From an uncultured Planctomycetota bacterium (GTDB lineage Bacteria > Planctomycetota > UBA11346), in NCBI GenBank assembly GCA_963818245.1, contig CAWFSD010000001.1:2749-66748 (forward strand): a stretch of 64,000 bases of DNA, given 5' to 3'. This document shows, piece by piece, positions 54,586 to 64,000 of the stretch. Position numbers and translations under genes: made by a program. A model generated the notes under the pieces. That model had not been told where the DNA came from. It was given only the letters and a program-made list of their open reading frames with translations, and searched no databases. How positions within the stretch are numbered: the stretch's first letter is position 1; each line of letters opens with the position of its first letter.

Positions 54586-55450
54586 ATGCCCACCCTGCTC
54601 ATCGCCGGTCCCCTCGCCCTCGACGACTTCCCGGGGGCGCCCGGCCTGCTCGGCGGCGTCGGCGGCTACGCCGCGATGGCGGCGGCGCCGCTCGCCACCA
54701 CCCAGTTGTGGGCGCGCGGCGGCACGCGACATCACTCCCCAGGTGCGCGGCATCCTCGAGCGCCGGCACATCGACCTCGCCGGCGTCGCCTGGGAAGGCC
54801 GCACCCCGCGCGGCACCCCGACCGGTTTCGAGCCGCACGGCGACGTCCTGCCGTCGATCGAGCCGACCTCGGCCGATGATCTCGGCGGCGTGCTGCTGAT
54901 CGGCCTGCCGCCGGCCGAGATGCGCCGCGCCTTCGCCGTGGTCGGCGCCCTGCCGGGCGCCGCCGCGCGCACCCTGGTCATCTCGCCGCGCCCGGCCGAC
55001 CTGGCGGCCGACCGCGCCTACCTCACCGAGGTGTGCGCGCAGAGCGACGTGCTGGTGCTGTCCGTGGCCAAGGCCCAGGAGCTGACCGGCACCGGCAACG
55101 CCCTGGACGCCGCGCGCGCGCTGCAGAAGAAGGGCGCCAAGGCGGTGGTGCTGACCGCCGGCCTGCTCGGCGGTCTGATCGCCTACAGCCAGAAGGTCAC
55201 CACCTACCAGACCCTGCCGCTCGAGACCACGGACAAGGCCGGGGTCAGCGCGGTCTTCCCCGGGGTGCTGGCCGCGTGGTGCGCCGGCGCGGGCAAGGCC
55301 GACTTCCGCGCCCTCAAGCGCGCCTGCGCGATGGCCAGCGCCGTCGGCGGCATCTGCGCCCAGGGCCAGGGCCCCCTCAAGCTGCTGGCGGCCGACCGCA
55401 AGGAGTACCTGGAACGGTTCAACCGCCTCCGCCGGGCCGGCAAGTACTGA
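54586..55450 (+). CDS. PfkB-family carbohydrate/nucleoside kinase (one apparent frameshift near 54725)
   Basis: MPTLLIAGPLALDD..GGVGGYAAMAAA.. is followed after the shift by ..DVLVLSVAKAQELTG..ALQKKGAKAVVLTAGLLG..TDKAGVSAVFPGVLAAWCAG..ASAVGGICAQGQG (the ribokinase-like DxxGAGD region in degenerate form). Confidence 0.7.
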
Positions 55451-55456
55451 CGGAGG

Positions 55457-55486
55457 GTGACAAGCGCGCCGAAACTGGGGTATAGT
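55457..55486 (+). promoter_or_regulatory. Possible sigma-70-type promoter upstream of the Ser/Thr kinase
   Basis: GTGACA (55457-55462), an 18-nt spacer and TATAGT (55481-55486). This is motif-only evidence. Confidence 0.3.
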
Positions 55487-55589
55487 CCAGCGCGTCCTGG
55501 TAAGTGCCACAGCTGCACGGGCCTGAGAGCCCGGCGTTGACACCCCGGGACGGCTTTGGTCAGCTACGGACGCGCGGCACGGGAGCTCG

Positions 55590-56570
<981 letters not shown>

Positions 56571-56628
56571 GCCGCGCGCCCAGGCGGACTTGCGCCGGTG
56601 GCTGGGTGGATACGCTCCCGCCCAGCCT

Positions 56629-56705
56629 GCACTCATAGCTCAGCTGGATAGAGCGTCGCCCTCCGAAGGCGAAGGTCGGTGGTTCGAATCCACCTGAGTG
56701 CGCCA
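56629..56705 (+). tRNA. tRNA-Arg (anticodon CCG)
   Basis: A manual cloverleaf gives acceptor gcactca/tgagtgc, D arm gctc-agctggata-gagc, anticodon arm tcgcc-ctCCGaa-ggcga, variable loop aggtc and T arm ggtgg-ttcgaat-ccacc, then discriminator g and an encoded CCA. Confidence 0.9.
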
Positions 56706-56710
56706 AAAGC

Positions 56711-56740
56711 AACCGCGGCACATGCCGCGGTTTTTCGTTT
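56711..56740 (+). terminator. Rho-independent terminator after tRNA-Arg
   Basis: aaccgcggc-acat-gccgcggtt is followed by tttcgtttt. Confidence 0.65.
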
Positions 56741-56917
56741 TCATCGGGCCTGCCGAATCCTGGGCGATGGCCCGCGCACACCAGCCGCCACTCCAAGGAT
56801 CCCTTGGATCGATGTGGCGATGGGGCCGTTTCAACCTATCGGGTTCCCCGCGAAATGTCCCTTGGCGGACGCTTCAACCGCCTTTGCAGTCTGAGCCGAT
56901 CACGGTACGCTCGGGTC

Positions 56918-57124
56918 ATGTGCGTCCGGCTTTTGTTCAGCACAACCAAGGCATGCGCCCTGATCGTCGCACTCTGTTGCTGTACTGGCTGCGAGGTCGG
57001 AGAGTACGTCGGCCCCTTCAGTCGCGAGCACCCCTCAGCACGTCCGAACGAGGTGGAGCAGAAGCCCGACCCGGCGCTCGGTTTCCTCACTGATGTGGCT
57101 AGGGCGGTCATTCCTCACCACTGA
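56918..57124 (+). CDS. Small Cys-rich putative exported protein or lipoprotein (68 aa)
   Basis: MCVRLLFSTTKACALIVALCCCTGCEVGEY.. has a hydrophobic N-terminus and a Cys cluster, but the lipobox is not canonical. This is a weak call. Confidence 0.3.
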   Translation: MCVRLLFSTTKACALIVALCCCTGCEVGEYVGPFSREHPSARPNEVEQKPDPALGFLTDVARAVIPHH

Positions 57125-57216
57125 ACATCAGTCCCCCCACCGGAGCGGACATTGCTACGCCTGCCGGCCCCCACATGGTTGTGGGCCGACGCAGAGGACG
57201 CGGATGTTGGGTTTGA

Positions 57217-57525
57217 ATGCGGGGTGCAGGGTTGCGCTTCCAGGTGCCCATCGCCGCCCATCTGGCTACCAGCGCAACGCTGCTGGTGACATCCCACGTG
57301 ATCGAATGGAAGGATCCCAGCCGGGGCGCGCTCGGCACCATGATCCTGATCGACCCGGCGGCCAGCGTGGTCCTCACCCCGCTCGGGACGGCCGGGTACT
57401 CCTACCTGGAGTGGGCCGCGCTCTTCCGCTCGAAGCCGCTGGTCGTCGCGATCTGCTGTGCGCCCCTGTTCCAGAGCGCCGGTGATTTCCTCGTCGGCTT
57501 GGCGATCTCCCTGCACGGGTGCTGA
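57217..57525 (+). CDS. Hypothetical small membrane protein (102 aa)
   Basis: The ORF has two or three hydrophobic stretches (..AAHLATSATLLVTSHVI.., ..MILIDPAASVVLTPLG.., ..LVVAICCAPLF..). There is no motif. Coding status is uncertain. Confidence 0.3.
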   Translation: MRGAGLRFQVPIAAHLATSATLLVTSHVIEWKDPSRGALGTMILIDPAASVVLTPLGTAGYSYLEWAALFRSKPLVVAICCAPLFQSAGDFLVGLAISLHGC

Positions 57526-57868
57526 TTGCGGCCTCGCGCCGCGGTGCTGCAGTTCGACCAAGTCGGATGGCCCCGGCCGGGTTCAATCGGAGTGCGGCTG
57601 ACGGTATCCTGACACGCGCCGCCCTCCCTGGACCTGCCGGGGCGCGAGTCAGGCCCGCGGTGGCCAGACGGTCTCCGATCCGACCGCTGAAGGCCAATCG
57701 ACGCACCTGCGCCAGGATTTGATGCAATCCATTCAAGTGGCTGTTGAATTTGGCCTTACAGGAGGGCGGGTGGGAGATACGCAGGCGTTCTCAAGAACCG
57801 GAAGCGCGAGAGGACTCTAGCGGGTTCCGCACCGCGACGCATACTCGCAGGAACTTCCGGGGTACCGC

Positions 57869-58351
57869 ATGTCCATTCCTGAAATCCTGCTGATCGAAGA
57901 CCGTCGTGACGATCGCGACCTCTTCGAAGCCGCGGTCCTGGTCAGCGGCCTGCGCGCCAAGGTCACCTTCGCCGCGGATGCGGTCGAGGCGGTGGTCAGG
58001 CTCAACCGCCTGGGGTCGGTGCACGGCTCCACGCTGCCCGCGCTCATCGTCCTGGATTTGGGGTTGCCCGGGCTGAAGGGGCAGACCCTGCTGCAGGTGA
58101 TCCGCACCGCCTATGGGCCGCGCGACGTCGCGATCATCGTCTTGACGGGGTCGCAGCGGCCGGCCGACAAGGCGACCTGCAGCACCTGGTCGATCAGCGA
58201 TTACATGGTCAAGCCGCAGGACTACGCCGAGCTGGTGCGTTGGGTGAAGACGCTCGCGCGCTTCCTGCCGAGCAGCGACGACAGCCACGACGCGCGCCGG
58301 GGCCTCACGACCCAGAGCGATGGCTCGCCGTCGGAGAGCCGCTCGCCCTGA
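57869..58351 (+). CDS. Stand-alone response-regulator receiver domain protein (CheY-like)
   Basis: ILLIEDRRDD (acidic pocket)..ALIVLDLGLPGLKG (phospho-acceptor Asp)..IIVLTGS..DYMVKP (conserved Lys). The C-terminal ~35 aa are low complexity. No output domain is present. Confidence 0.8.
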   Translation: MSIPEILLIEDRRDDRDLFEAAVLVSGLRAKVTFAADAVEAVVRLNRLGSVHGSTLPALIVLDLGLPGLKGQTLLQVIRTAYGPRDVAIIVLTGSQRPADKATCSTWSISDYMVKPQDYAELVRWVKTLARFLPSSDDSHDARRGLTTQSDGSPSESRSP

Positions 58352-58897
58352 GAGCGATGGTGATCAGCTCCGTGGCGTGCGTCACGACTGGGAGGTGCGG
58401 ACGTCACCGCATCGTCAGGTCTGCTTCATTTCAAGGTATCGGCTGCAGGAGGCGGTCATGACCGCGCTGTCCACGCCGTGCGCGTTCAGTCCGAAGCGGC
58501 CATGGCCTCGGACTCGGCGATCATGCGCCGCATCCGCTCCCAGGACATGCGTTCGAGTTGACGGCTGGTGAAACCGGCCTGCAGCAGCCAGAGGTGGTCG
58601 CCGAGCTGCTGCGGGCTGCTGCCGAGGTCCATGCCGCTGAACGTGTGGCGGTTCCGAGCCAACGAGCACGACCTGACGCTGAGGCCACGCCGGCCACGCT
58701 CCCTATCACTATCTCCATCACTATCACAATGGAGCATACGTACTGAACGGGCCTTCATGCTGGACTCATCCCGGTGAAGCTAGCAACGGCGGAGTCGGGC
58801 GCAATCATGACCTGAGCGGATGTCGGCAAGGGCCATCCTTTCACCGGCTCGTTGGGGCCCATGATCCGACCAACCAGCCAGTCTTTCCGGGAGCCCC

Positions 58898-59386
58898 ATG
58901 ATCCGCCTCGCCCTGACCCTGCTCATCCTGCTCGCGGTCGCGCCAGGCCGGCTGCCGGCTGAGGAACCGCCGCGGGAGTGCCGCGATCTGATCGCCGGGT
59001 TCTTCTCGAGCCTGCGCGCCAACGACGCGACGCGGGCGGTGACCGACCTGATGGCCGACAAGGCGAAGTGGGGCGTGCAGGCGGAATTCCCTAAGATCAT
59101 CGGCGTCCTGCAGGGGATGAACCAGACCACCGTCGGCGCGCTGCACGACCACCAGGTCGTCGCCAGCGGGTACCTCGGTACCGACTACCTCATCGTCGTG
59201 GTCATGGCGCGCTACGAGCGCCAGCCGTTGTTCTTCCGCTTCGCCTTCTACCGCGCCGCGGACCACTACGCGACCGACGCCCTGAACATGAACTCCAATG
59301 TCGGCGAGGTCTTCGGCGAGTGGATCCGGCCGGCCAACCTGACTGTGGTCGTGCCGGGCACCCAGGCGCACGGCATCGTGCCTTGA
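58898..59386 (+). CDS. Secreted hypothetical protein (162 aa)
   Basis: The signal peptide MIRLALTLLILLAVAPGRLPA|EE is followed by mixed composition (..YLGTDYLIVVVMARYERQPLFFRFAFYRAADHY..), which suggests a small alpha+beta fold. No family is assigned. Confidence 0.5.
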   Translation: MIRLALTLLILLAVAPGRLPAEEPPRECRDLIAGFFSSLRANDATRAVTDLMADKAKWGVQAEFPKIIGVLQGMNQTTVGALHDHQVVASGYLGTDYLIVVVMARYERQPLFFRFAFYRAADHYATDALNMNSNVGEVFGEWIRPANLTVVVPGTQAHGIVP

Positions 59387-59497
59387 GCCGGTGGAAACGG
59401 AGGCGGGGGATCAGGGGTTCGGGGTGAGATTTCGCTTCCGTCCGCCGGCTGAGGCCATGGGATCCCGCGTCCTTCGAAGGCCTCCGCTGGAGCATCC

Positions 59498-60020
59498 GTG
59501 AGCGCATCCCCGACCATCGTCCGCCCCGCGCTGCGCGCCTGCCTGGTGATCGGGGCGGCGGTCCTCCTCGCCGTCGTCACCGGGTGCGGGTCGCATGGCG
59601 GCGGTTCGACGAGTTCGTCGGTGGAAGGCGCCCTGACCTACACCTGGGCCGCCACCGACGCGCCGGCCATCAGCTCCGGGGCTGCCGACCGCGGACGATG
59701 ACGTCACGCTCACCGGACGGCTGCGGTGCTCCTCCGCACTGACCATCGCCACCCCGGTGCGCGTGGTGGTCGCGGTCGGTGGGGTCACCAAGCTCGACAC
59801 CACCGTGGTCCTGGTGCTGACGGTGGCGCAGAGCCGTGTGGTGCCTGACAATCTCTATACGATCGACCTGAGCCTGCCGCTGGGAAAGCTGAGGGCCGGC
59901 ACGGACCAGACCGTGACCGTGACCGTGGATCCGGACAACACCTTTGGCACGCCGGTGCAGAACGTCAGCACCAAATCGTTCAGCTTCCTGGTCACGGTGG
60001 CACCTGGGGCTAACGGGTAG
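59498..60020 (+). CDS. Putative lipoprotein (one apparent frameshift at 59650-59695)
   Basis: A GTG start gives ..LVIGAAVLLAVVTGC with a lipobox. After the shift the sequence reads ..DDDVTLTGRLRCSSALTIATPVRVVVAVGGVTKLDTTVVLVLTV..VTVTVDPDNTFGTPVQNVSTKSFSFLVTV, which is beta-rich and Ig-like. Confidence 0.4.
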
Positions 60021-60150
60021 GACCAGGCCAGGGCGATCTGCCGTGGTCCTGCGGTGCCCCTGGTTGGGCTCGACCCTGTGCATCAGACGTTCCCGTGCCT
60101 AGGGCTATTGTTAATATAAACGCTGAGCGCATTCGCCGGTATCATCCCGC

Positions 60151-61848
60151 ATGCCCACCACGCGCCAGCGCCCCCAGCCGACCCACCTCATCCTCACGAC
60201 CCTGATCCCGCTGCTCGCCCTGGCCTGCACCGCCGGTCAGGCCAAAGCGGCCGAACCCGTGCGCGACTGGCCGCAGGCCGGTGGGCCGGACGGCTCATGG
60301 TCGCTGGCGGTCGCCGATGCCCCCCTGCGCTGGAGCGTCGCCCTCGATCAGCATCTCGCATGGCGCACCCCCCTGCCGAACGGCGGCCAGGGCAACATCG
60401 CCATCGCCGCGGGTCGCATCTACCTGACCACCTTCGCGCCCTTCGCTGGCAAGAAGCAGAGCAACGCCATCCTCGGCCATGCGATCGACCAGAAGACCGG
60501 GAAGATCCTGTGGTCGGTGCCGCTGCAGGCCGGCCGGGCCAGTCCGCTGCTCTACGCTTTCAGCGACTCGACCTCGTGGACGCCGATCTGCGACGCCGCG
60601 CACGTGTGGTTCTTCAACTCCTCAGGCGAGATGGGCTGCTGGACGGTCGACGGCAAGGAGGTCTGGCGCCGCCAGTTCCGCACCCAGCCCGACCACTTCC
60701 CGTTCAACCGCCAGTGCGAGCCGATGCTGGTCGGAGGCGACCTGATCACGGTCGAACCGCTCGCCAAGGAGGACGCCGGGTACCGCGCCGACCGCGACGA
60801 GTGGAACTACCTGCGCGGCATCGACAAGCTCACCGGCAAGACCCGCTGGATCGCCGAGGACGGCACCACGTTCTACTGCACGCCGGTGGCCGGTCGCCTG
60901 CCCGATGGGCGCCCCGCCGTGCTGCACGGCCGCGGCGGCCCGCACGGCGTGCCCGAGACCCCGATCGGCTTGAGCATGACCAGCCTCGCGCCCGGCGAGG
61001 AGGGCAAGACCATCTGGCGCTTCTCGCCCGCGGCGGAACCCGGCGGCCCGCTGGACGGCACCACCTGGATGGCGCAGTACAACGCGACTTTCGACCAGCA
61101 GCACGCCTACTGGTTCAAGAACGCCCCCGAGGAGTCGCAGGTCGTCCTCGATGTGATGACCGGCGCGCTGGTGGCGACGCAGTCGCTGGTCAAGAACGTC
61201 GATGTCCGCCAGTGGGACGAGGCCGCGCACGCCTACCACGCGACCCTGCACGCCAGCCTGCGCGACGTCCCCGACGTCCCGGCCTACGCGCTCAAGCCGG
61301 GCGAGGTGCTGCACGTGCTGCCGGAGTGGCACAGCAACATCGTCAGCCACGGCCACACCTGGTTCCTGTGCACCACCAACAACCGCCGCAACGGCCACGC
61401 GCCGAACGGCCACAGCGGGCCGTCGCACAGCGTCGGGCGCGTCGACGACACCACCGGCGCGGTCGAGTACCTCGAACTGCCGGTCGGCGTCGAGCGCAAA
61501 CCGGGGCAGGAGGAGAAGCGCATCTATGGGCGCTCGCTGAAGACGCGCGCCGAGGACAGCCAGGGCCACGACATCGCGGACGAGGACCGCTCGCGCACGG
61601 ATGGCTGGGAGGTCGACGCGTTCTTCAGTTCGCCGGTGGCGCTGGGGGACCACGTCTACTTCAGCACGCTGCTCGGCGTCACCTACGTTCTGGACGCGAA
61701 CGCCAAGGTCCTGGACGAGCACGCGCTGACCGCGGTGAACGACCTCGGGCCGCTGGGCGAGACCTGGAGCCTGAGCGGGCCGGGGTACAGTGACGGGATG
61801 CTGTACCACCGCAGCAGCAAGGAGCTGGTGGCGATCACGGGGAAGTGA
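60151..61848 (+). CDS. Secreted PQQ-like (BamB/YxaL-type) beta-propeller repeat protein
   Basis: The signal peptide ..LLALACTAGQAKA|AEP precedes repeated W/G-rich propeller blades (..WRTPLPNGGQGNIAIAAGRIYLTT.., ..GKILWSVPL.., ..GKEVWRRQF.., ..GKTRWIAEDG..). An intact 565 aa. Confidence 0.7.
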   Translation: MPTTRQRPQPTHLILTTLIPLLALACTAGQAKAAEPVRDWPQAGGPDGSWSLAVADAPLRWSVALDQHLAWRTPLPNGGQGNIAIAAGRIYLTTFAPFAGKKQSNAILGHAIDQKTGKILWSVPLQAGRASPLLYAFSDSTSWTPICDAAHVWFFNSSGEMGCWTVDGKEVWRRQFRTQPDHFPFNRQCEPMLVGGDLITVEPLAKEDAGYRADRDEWNYLRGIDKLTGKTRWIAEDGTTFYCTPVAGRLPDGRPAVLHGRGGPHGVPETPIGLSMTSLAPGEEGKTIWRFSPAAEPGGPLDGTTWMAQYNATFDQQHAYWFKNAPEESQVVLDVMTGALVATQSLVKNVDVRQWDEAAHAYHATLHASLRDVPDVPAYALKPGEVLHVLPEWHSNIVSHGHTWFLCTTNNRRNGHAPNGHSGPSHSVGRVDDTTGAVEYLELPVGVERKPGQEEKRIYGRSLKTRAEDSQGHDIADEDRSRTDGWEVDAFFSSPVALGDHVYFSTLLGVTYVLDANAKVLDEHALTAVNDLGPLGETWSLSGPGYSDGMLYHRSSKELVAITGK

Positions 61849-61917
61849 GCGGGGGCGCGAGGCGCGTGTTCCCTCTGCTTGTCCTGGTTTGTCACTGAAG
61901 ACCCGGACCAGGATTTC

Positions 61918-62126
61918 GAGAGCGCCAACGGCGCGCCCCAATCCCAGCCCAGGGCGACGCCCTGGGAACCAGGTCCCTCATGAAACCATTCGAGAGCCCT
62001 GCAGGGGCGGCCCGATCCGCGAACCGCCAGCGACGATTGGGCCGCCCCTGCAGGGCTCGATTTCCATTTTACCGGTCAACCCAGGGCGTTGCCCTGGGCT
62101 GGAATCGGGCCGCGCCTCCGGCGCTC
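61918..62126. repeat. Nested GC-rich palindromic element (~210 bp)
   Basis: The outer arms 61918-61966 and 62080-62126 are near reverse complements. Each holds a small hairpin (cccagggcg-a-cgccctggg / cccagggcg-tt-gccctggg). The inner arms are a perfect 20-bp inverted repeat: gagccctgcaggggcggccc (61994-62013) and gggccgcccctgcagggctc (62039-62058). An arm-like unit recurs at 8221-8269. Confidence 0.75.
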
Positions 62127-62507
62127 TGGATAGGAGGAGCAGGTCGCTTTCGAGCACGGTGCGTAAATGGTAGAAATCGTCCTGGGCCGGAGATCGGTGT
62201 CGCGCCGTTGGTGCTCGCTCGAGCAGAGCGCGTGATCGCGACATCGGCTGGTCTCGCGCATATGCCGCAAACCGCGCCGGCGAAACCCTTTCGGCCGCAT
62301 GTACAAGGTCGCTGTGCCTCCCACCGGGCGGTCGCGTTACAGCGCCGACGAACTGCGGGTCGACAAAGCGCGTTAGATGGGCGCCGTCCATCCATAACAC
62401 TGGCATGCTCCTGCATCCGCGGTCGTGCCGTCATCGCCGCGCCGGACTGGCGCCGGCGGGGACGGTAGGCGCGGGGCGGGACATGCCTGCCGCCGCGGAG
62501 CCCCGTC

Positions 62508-63068
62508 ATGACCGATGAACGCCACCTCGTCGCACTCGCCAAGCAGGGTCAGGTCGAAGCCTTCTCCGACCTGGTCCGGCTGCACCAGGCGCGCCTGCGC
62601 GCCCTCGCCGCCCGCTACCTGCCGGACGCGGATGACGTGTACGACGTCGTCCAGGACGCCTTCCTCGACGCTTTCCGCGGCCTCGCGGGCTTCGACGAGG
62701 CGCGCGCCTTGGGTCCGTGGCTGCGCACCATCTGCCGCAACCGGGTGATGGGCTTCCTGCGCGCGCGCGCAACCCAGCGCGCCCACCACCTCGCCCTGGT
62801 CGACGCGGCGCTGGTGCGCCAGGCCGAGGCGGACGCCGCCGCCAGCGAGGCGGACGAGGCCGGCGACCGCATCGCCGCGCTCAAGGACTGCCTGGGCGGG
62901 CTGCAGGACTCGCAGCGCGCCCTGGTCGACCTGCGCTACCACCAGGGGCTGGGCGTGAAGGACCTGTCGCTGCGCTTCGGCAAGAGCGAGGCGGGCATGG
63001 CGATGACCCTGATGCGCCTGCGCGAGGTGCTGATGCGCTGCGTGCTGGCGCGGGTCGCCGAGCGGTGA
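62508..63068 (+). CDS. ECF-type RNA polymerase sigma factor (sigma-70 family, group 4)
   Basis: Region 2 reads ..FSDLVRLHQARLRALAARYLPDADDVYDVVQDAFLDAFRGL..F......WL..I.RN. Region 4 reads ..LQDSQRALVDLRYHQGLGVKDLSLRFGKSEAGMAMTLMRLREVL. Confidence 0.85.
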   Translation: MTDERHLVALAKQGQVEAFSDLVRLHQARLRALAARYLPDADDVYDVVQDAFLDAFRGLAGFDEARALGPWLRTICRNRVMGFLRARATQRAHHLALVDAALVRQAEADAAASEADEAGDRIAALKDCLGGLQDSQRALVDLRYHQGLGVKDLSLRFGKSEAGMAMTLMRLREVLMRCVLARVAER

Positions 63069-64000
63069 ACCGGGAACGGCTGTCGCTGCTGATCGAGGCC
63101 TGGCGCGACGGCGACGTTGCGCCGGATGACGCGGCGGCGCTGGCGGCGGTGATCCGCGACCCTGGAGCGGACGGCGCGTTGGTGCGCGAGCAGCTCGCCG
63201 CCATCGGCCTGATCGCCCAGGCGCTGGACGATGCCGACGGGGCGGCGATGGTCGCCTCCTTGCGCGAGCGCATGCGCGCCGAGGCCAACGCCTCGCGGTT
63301 CGTGCGCAGCGTCGGCGCCCGCCAGGCCCGCACGGCGCGCCCATCGCGGCGCAGCGCAGCCTACGCACCGCGCCGGCGCGGCCCGTGGCCGGTGGCCTGC
63401 GCCGCCGCTCTCGTGGCGGCCGTGGCCCTGGGCGCCTTCGTGCTGCTGCTATCGCGCGGCGCGGGCGGCCCGCGTGGCACGGACCTGGCGACCCTGCGCG
63501 GTGTCGACGGGACGGTCACCTGCCAGCGCGGCGGCAAGAACCTGACCGGCACGGTCGGCATGCGCCTCGGCCAGGGTGACCGCCTGGTGCTCGGCCAGGG
63601 CGCGCAGGCGCGCTGGACCTACGCTGATGGCAGCGACCTGCGCGGCGACGAACGCGCCGCGATCGTCTTCCTCGACGACGGCAGCCCCGGCAAGCGGTTG
63701 CGACTGGAAGCGGGCACGCTGCGCGCCGAGGTCGCCCACCAGCCGGAGGGCCAGCCCTTCACCATCGCCACAGCGCTGGCCGAGTGCACCGTGCTGGGCA
63801 CGCACCTGACCCTCACCGCTGCGGCGGACAGCACCGTGCTGAGCGTCGCGCAGGGTCGCGTGCGCCTGCAGAGCGGACTCACCGCGGAGCGCATCGAGGT
63901 GCCGGGCGGCTGCTCGGCGACCGTCGCCGCCGGCGTGCCGCTGGTCGCGAGCGCGCCGGCGCCGGCCACGGTCGCGCCCCCGCTCGCCGCGCGGGTCGCG
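63065..64000 (+). CDS. Anti-sigma factor, FecR-domain type (3' end outside the window)
   Basis: The GTG start overlaps the sigma-factor stop (GTGA), and the frame stays open to the end of the window. There is one TM (PWPVACAAALVAAVALGAFVLLL), followed by FecR-like ..LRGVDGTVTCQRGG....G..L..GD.L......A...Y.DGS.L......................L.L..G.L.A.V. This ORF is not in the supplied track because it has no stop. Confidence 0.65.
   Translation, partial: MNRERLSLLIEAWRDGDVAPDDAAALAAVIRDPGADGALVREQLAAIGLIAQALDDADGAAMVASLRERMRAEANASRFVRSVGARQARTARPSRRSAAYAPRRRGPWPVACAAALVAAVALGAFVLLLSRGAGGPRGTDLATLRGVDGTVTCQRGGKNLTGTVGMRLGQGDRLVLGQGAQARWTYADGSDLRGDERAAIVFLDDGSPGKRLRLEAGTLRAEVAHQPEGQPFTIATALAECTVLGTHLTLTAAADSTVLSVAQGRVRLQSGLTAERIEVPGGCSATVAAGVPLVASAPAPATVAPPLAARVA

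Noticed and set aside
57579-57597. gggttcaatcggagtgcgg resembles the tRNA-Arg T-arm and 3' end (ggttcgaatccacctgagtgcg), which could be an attR remnant delimiting an island.
   Set aside because: The match is short and gapped, with about two small blocks shared. It is not adjacent to any integrase and is within what chance could give. I kept only the weaker composition-based islet observation.
58486-58758. A 90-aa minus-strand ORF whose C-terminal half (..LWLLQAGFTSRQLERMSWERMRRMIAESEA) faintly recalls small phage tail-assembly or chaperone-like proteins, which might hint at a prophage remnant in the tRNA-adjacent islet.
   Set aside because: The resemblance is impressionistic. The N-terminal half is low-complexity, the ORF overlaps two other ORFs of equal length, and there are no other phage genes nearby.
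61978-62406. A 142-aa minus-strand ORF and the overlapping plus-strand ORF 61790-62173 were considered as possible genes, including a truncated REP-associated transposase because of ..DDFYHLRT...
   Set aside because: Half of each ORF is a read-through of the nested palindromic repeat. The rest has no supporting motif, so the YH-like string alone is insufficient.

Overview
The window has two parts. The first ~2.8 kb is visibly less GC-rich and looks alphaproteobacterial: an AraC-type regulator, malonyl-CoA decarboxylase and an enolase-superfamily dehydratase. It ends in an N-terminally truncated gene at about 2.77-2.92 kb. The rest is a very GC-rich chromosome segment. Its gene content and repeat style suggest a Planctomycetota/PVC-type organism, but that is inference only. 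Most of the GC-rich part is housekeeping: sufBCDS, alr, tsaB, hpf, assimilatory sulfite reductase, ilvD, a LacI regulator, lepA, nadD, a ThiF-like E1, MscS, rpmF-plsX, DAHP synthase-greA-pheA, a Ser/Thr kinase, tRNA-Arg(CCG) and an ECF sigma/FecR pair. At least about 20 recognisable genes are broken by single-base frame changes, usually at G/C homopolymers. This hits essential genes as often as any other, so I read it as indel sequencing error rather than decay, and I annotate those genes as CDS with a frameshift note. The most interesting content is a ~15.4 kb, tightly coupled, co-directional eight-gene operon at 15.9-31.25 kb. It combines a LolCDE-like set (one separate ATPase plus two different FtsX-type permeases) with three very large polytopic membrane proteins, an orphan PqqD/RRE-like protein and a 292-aa unknown. 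One permease is a ~1620-aa giant whose periplasmic PA/M28-like domain seems to lack its metal ligands. Two of the polytopic proteins are tandem paralogs. I cannot match this gene set to any characterised system. Other observations are a candidate aromatic-amino-acid leader-peptide attenuator upstream of the DAHP synthase, a 152-bp tandem duplication of the pheA 3' end, a family of intergenic palindromes whose arms are short tandem repeats, a nested GC-rich palindromic element, and a lower-GC islet next to the tRNA.
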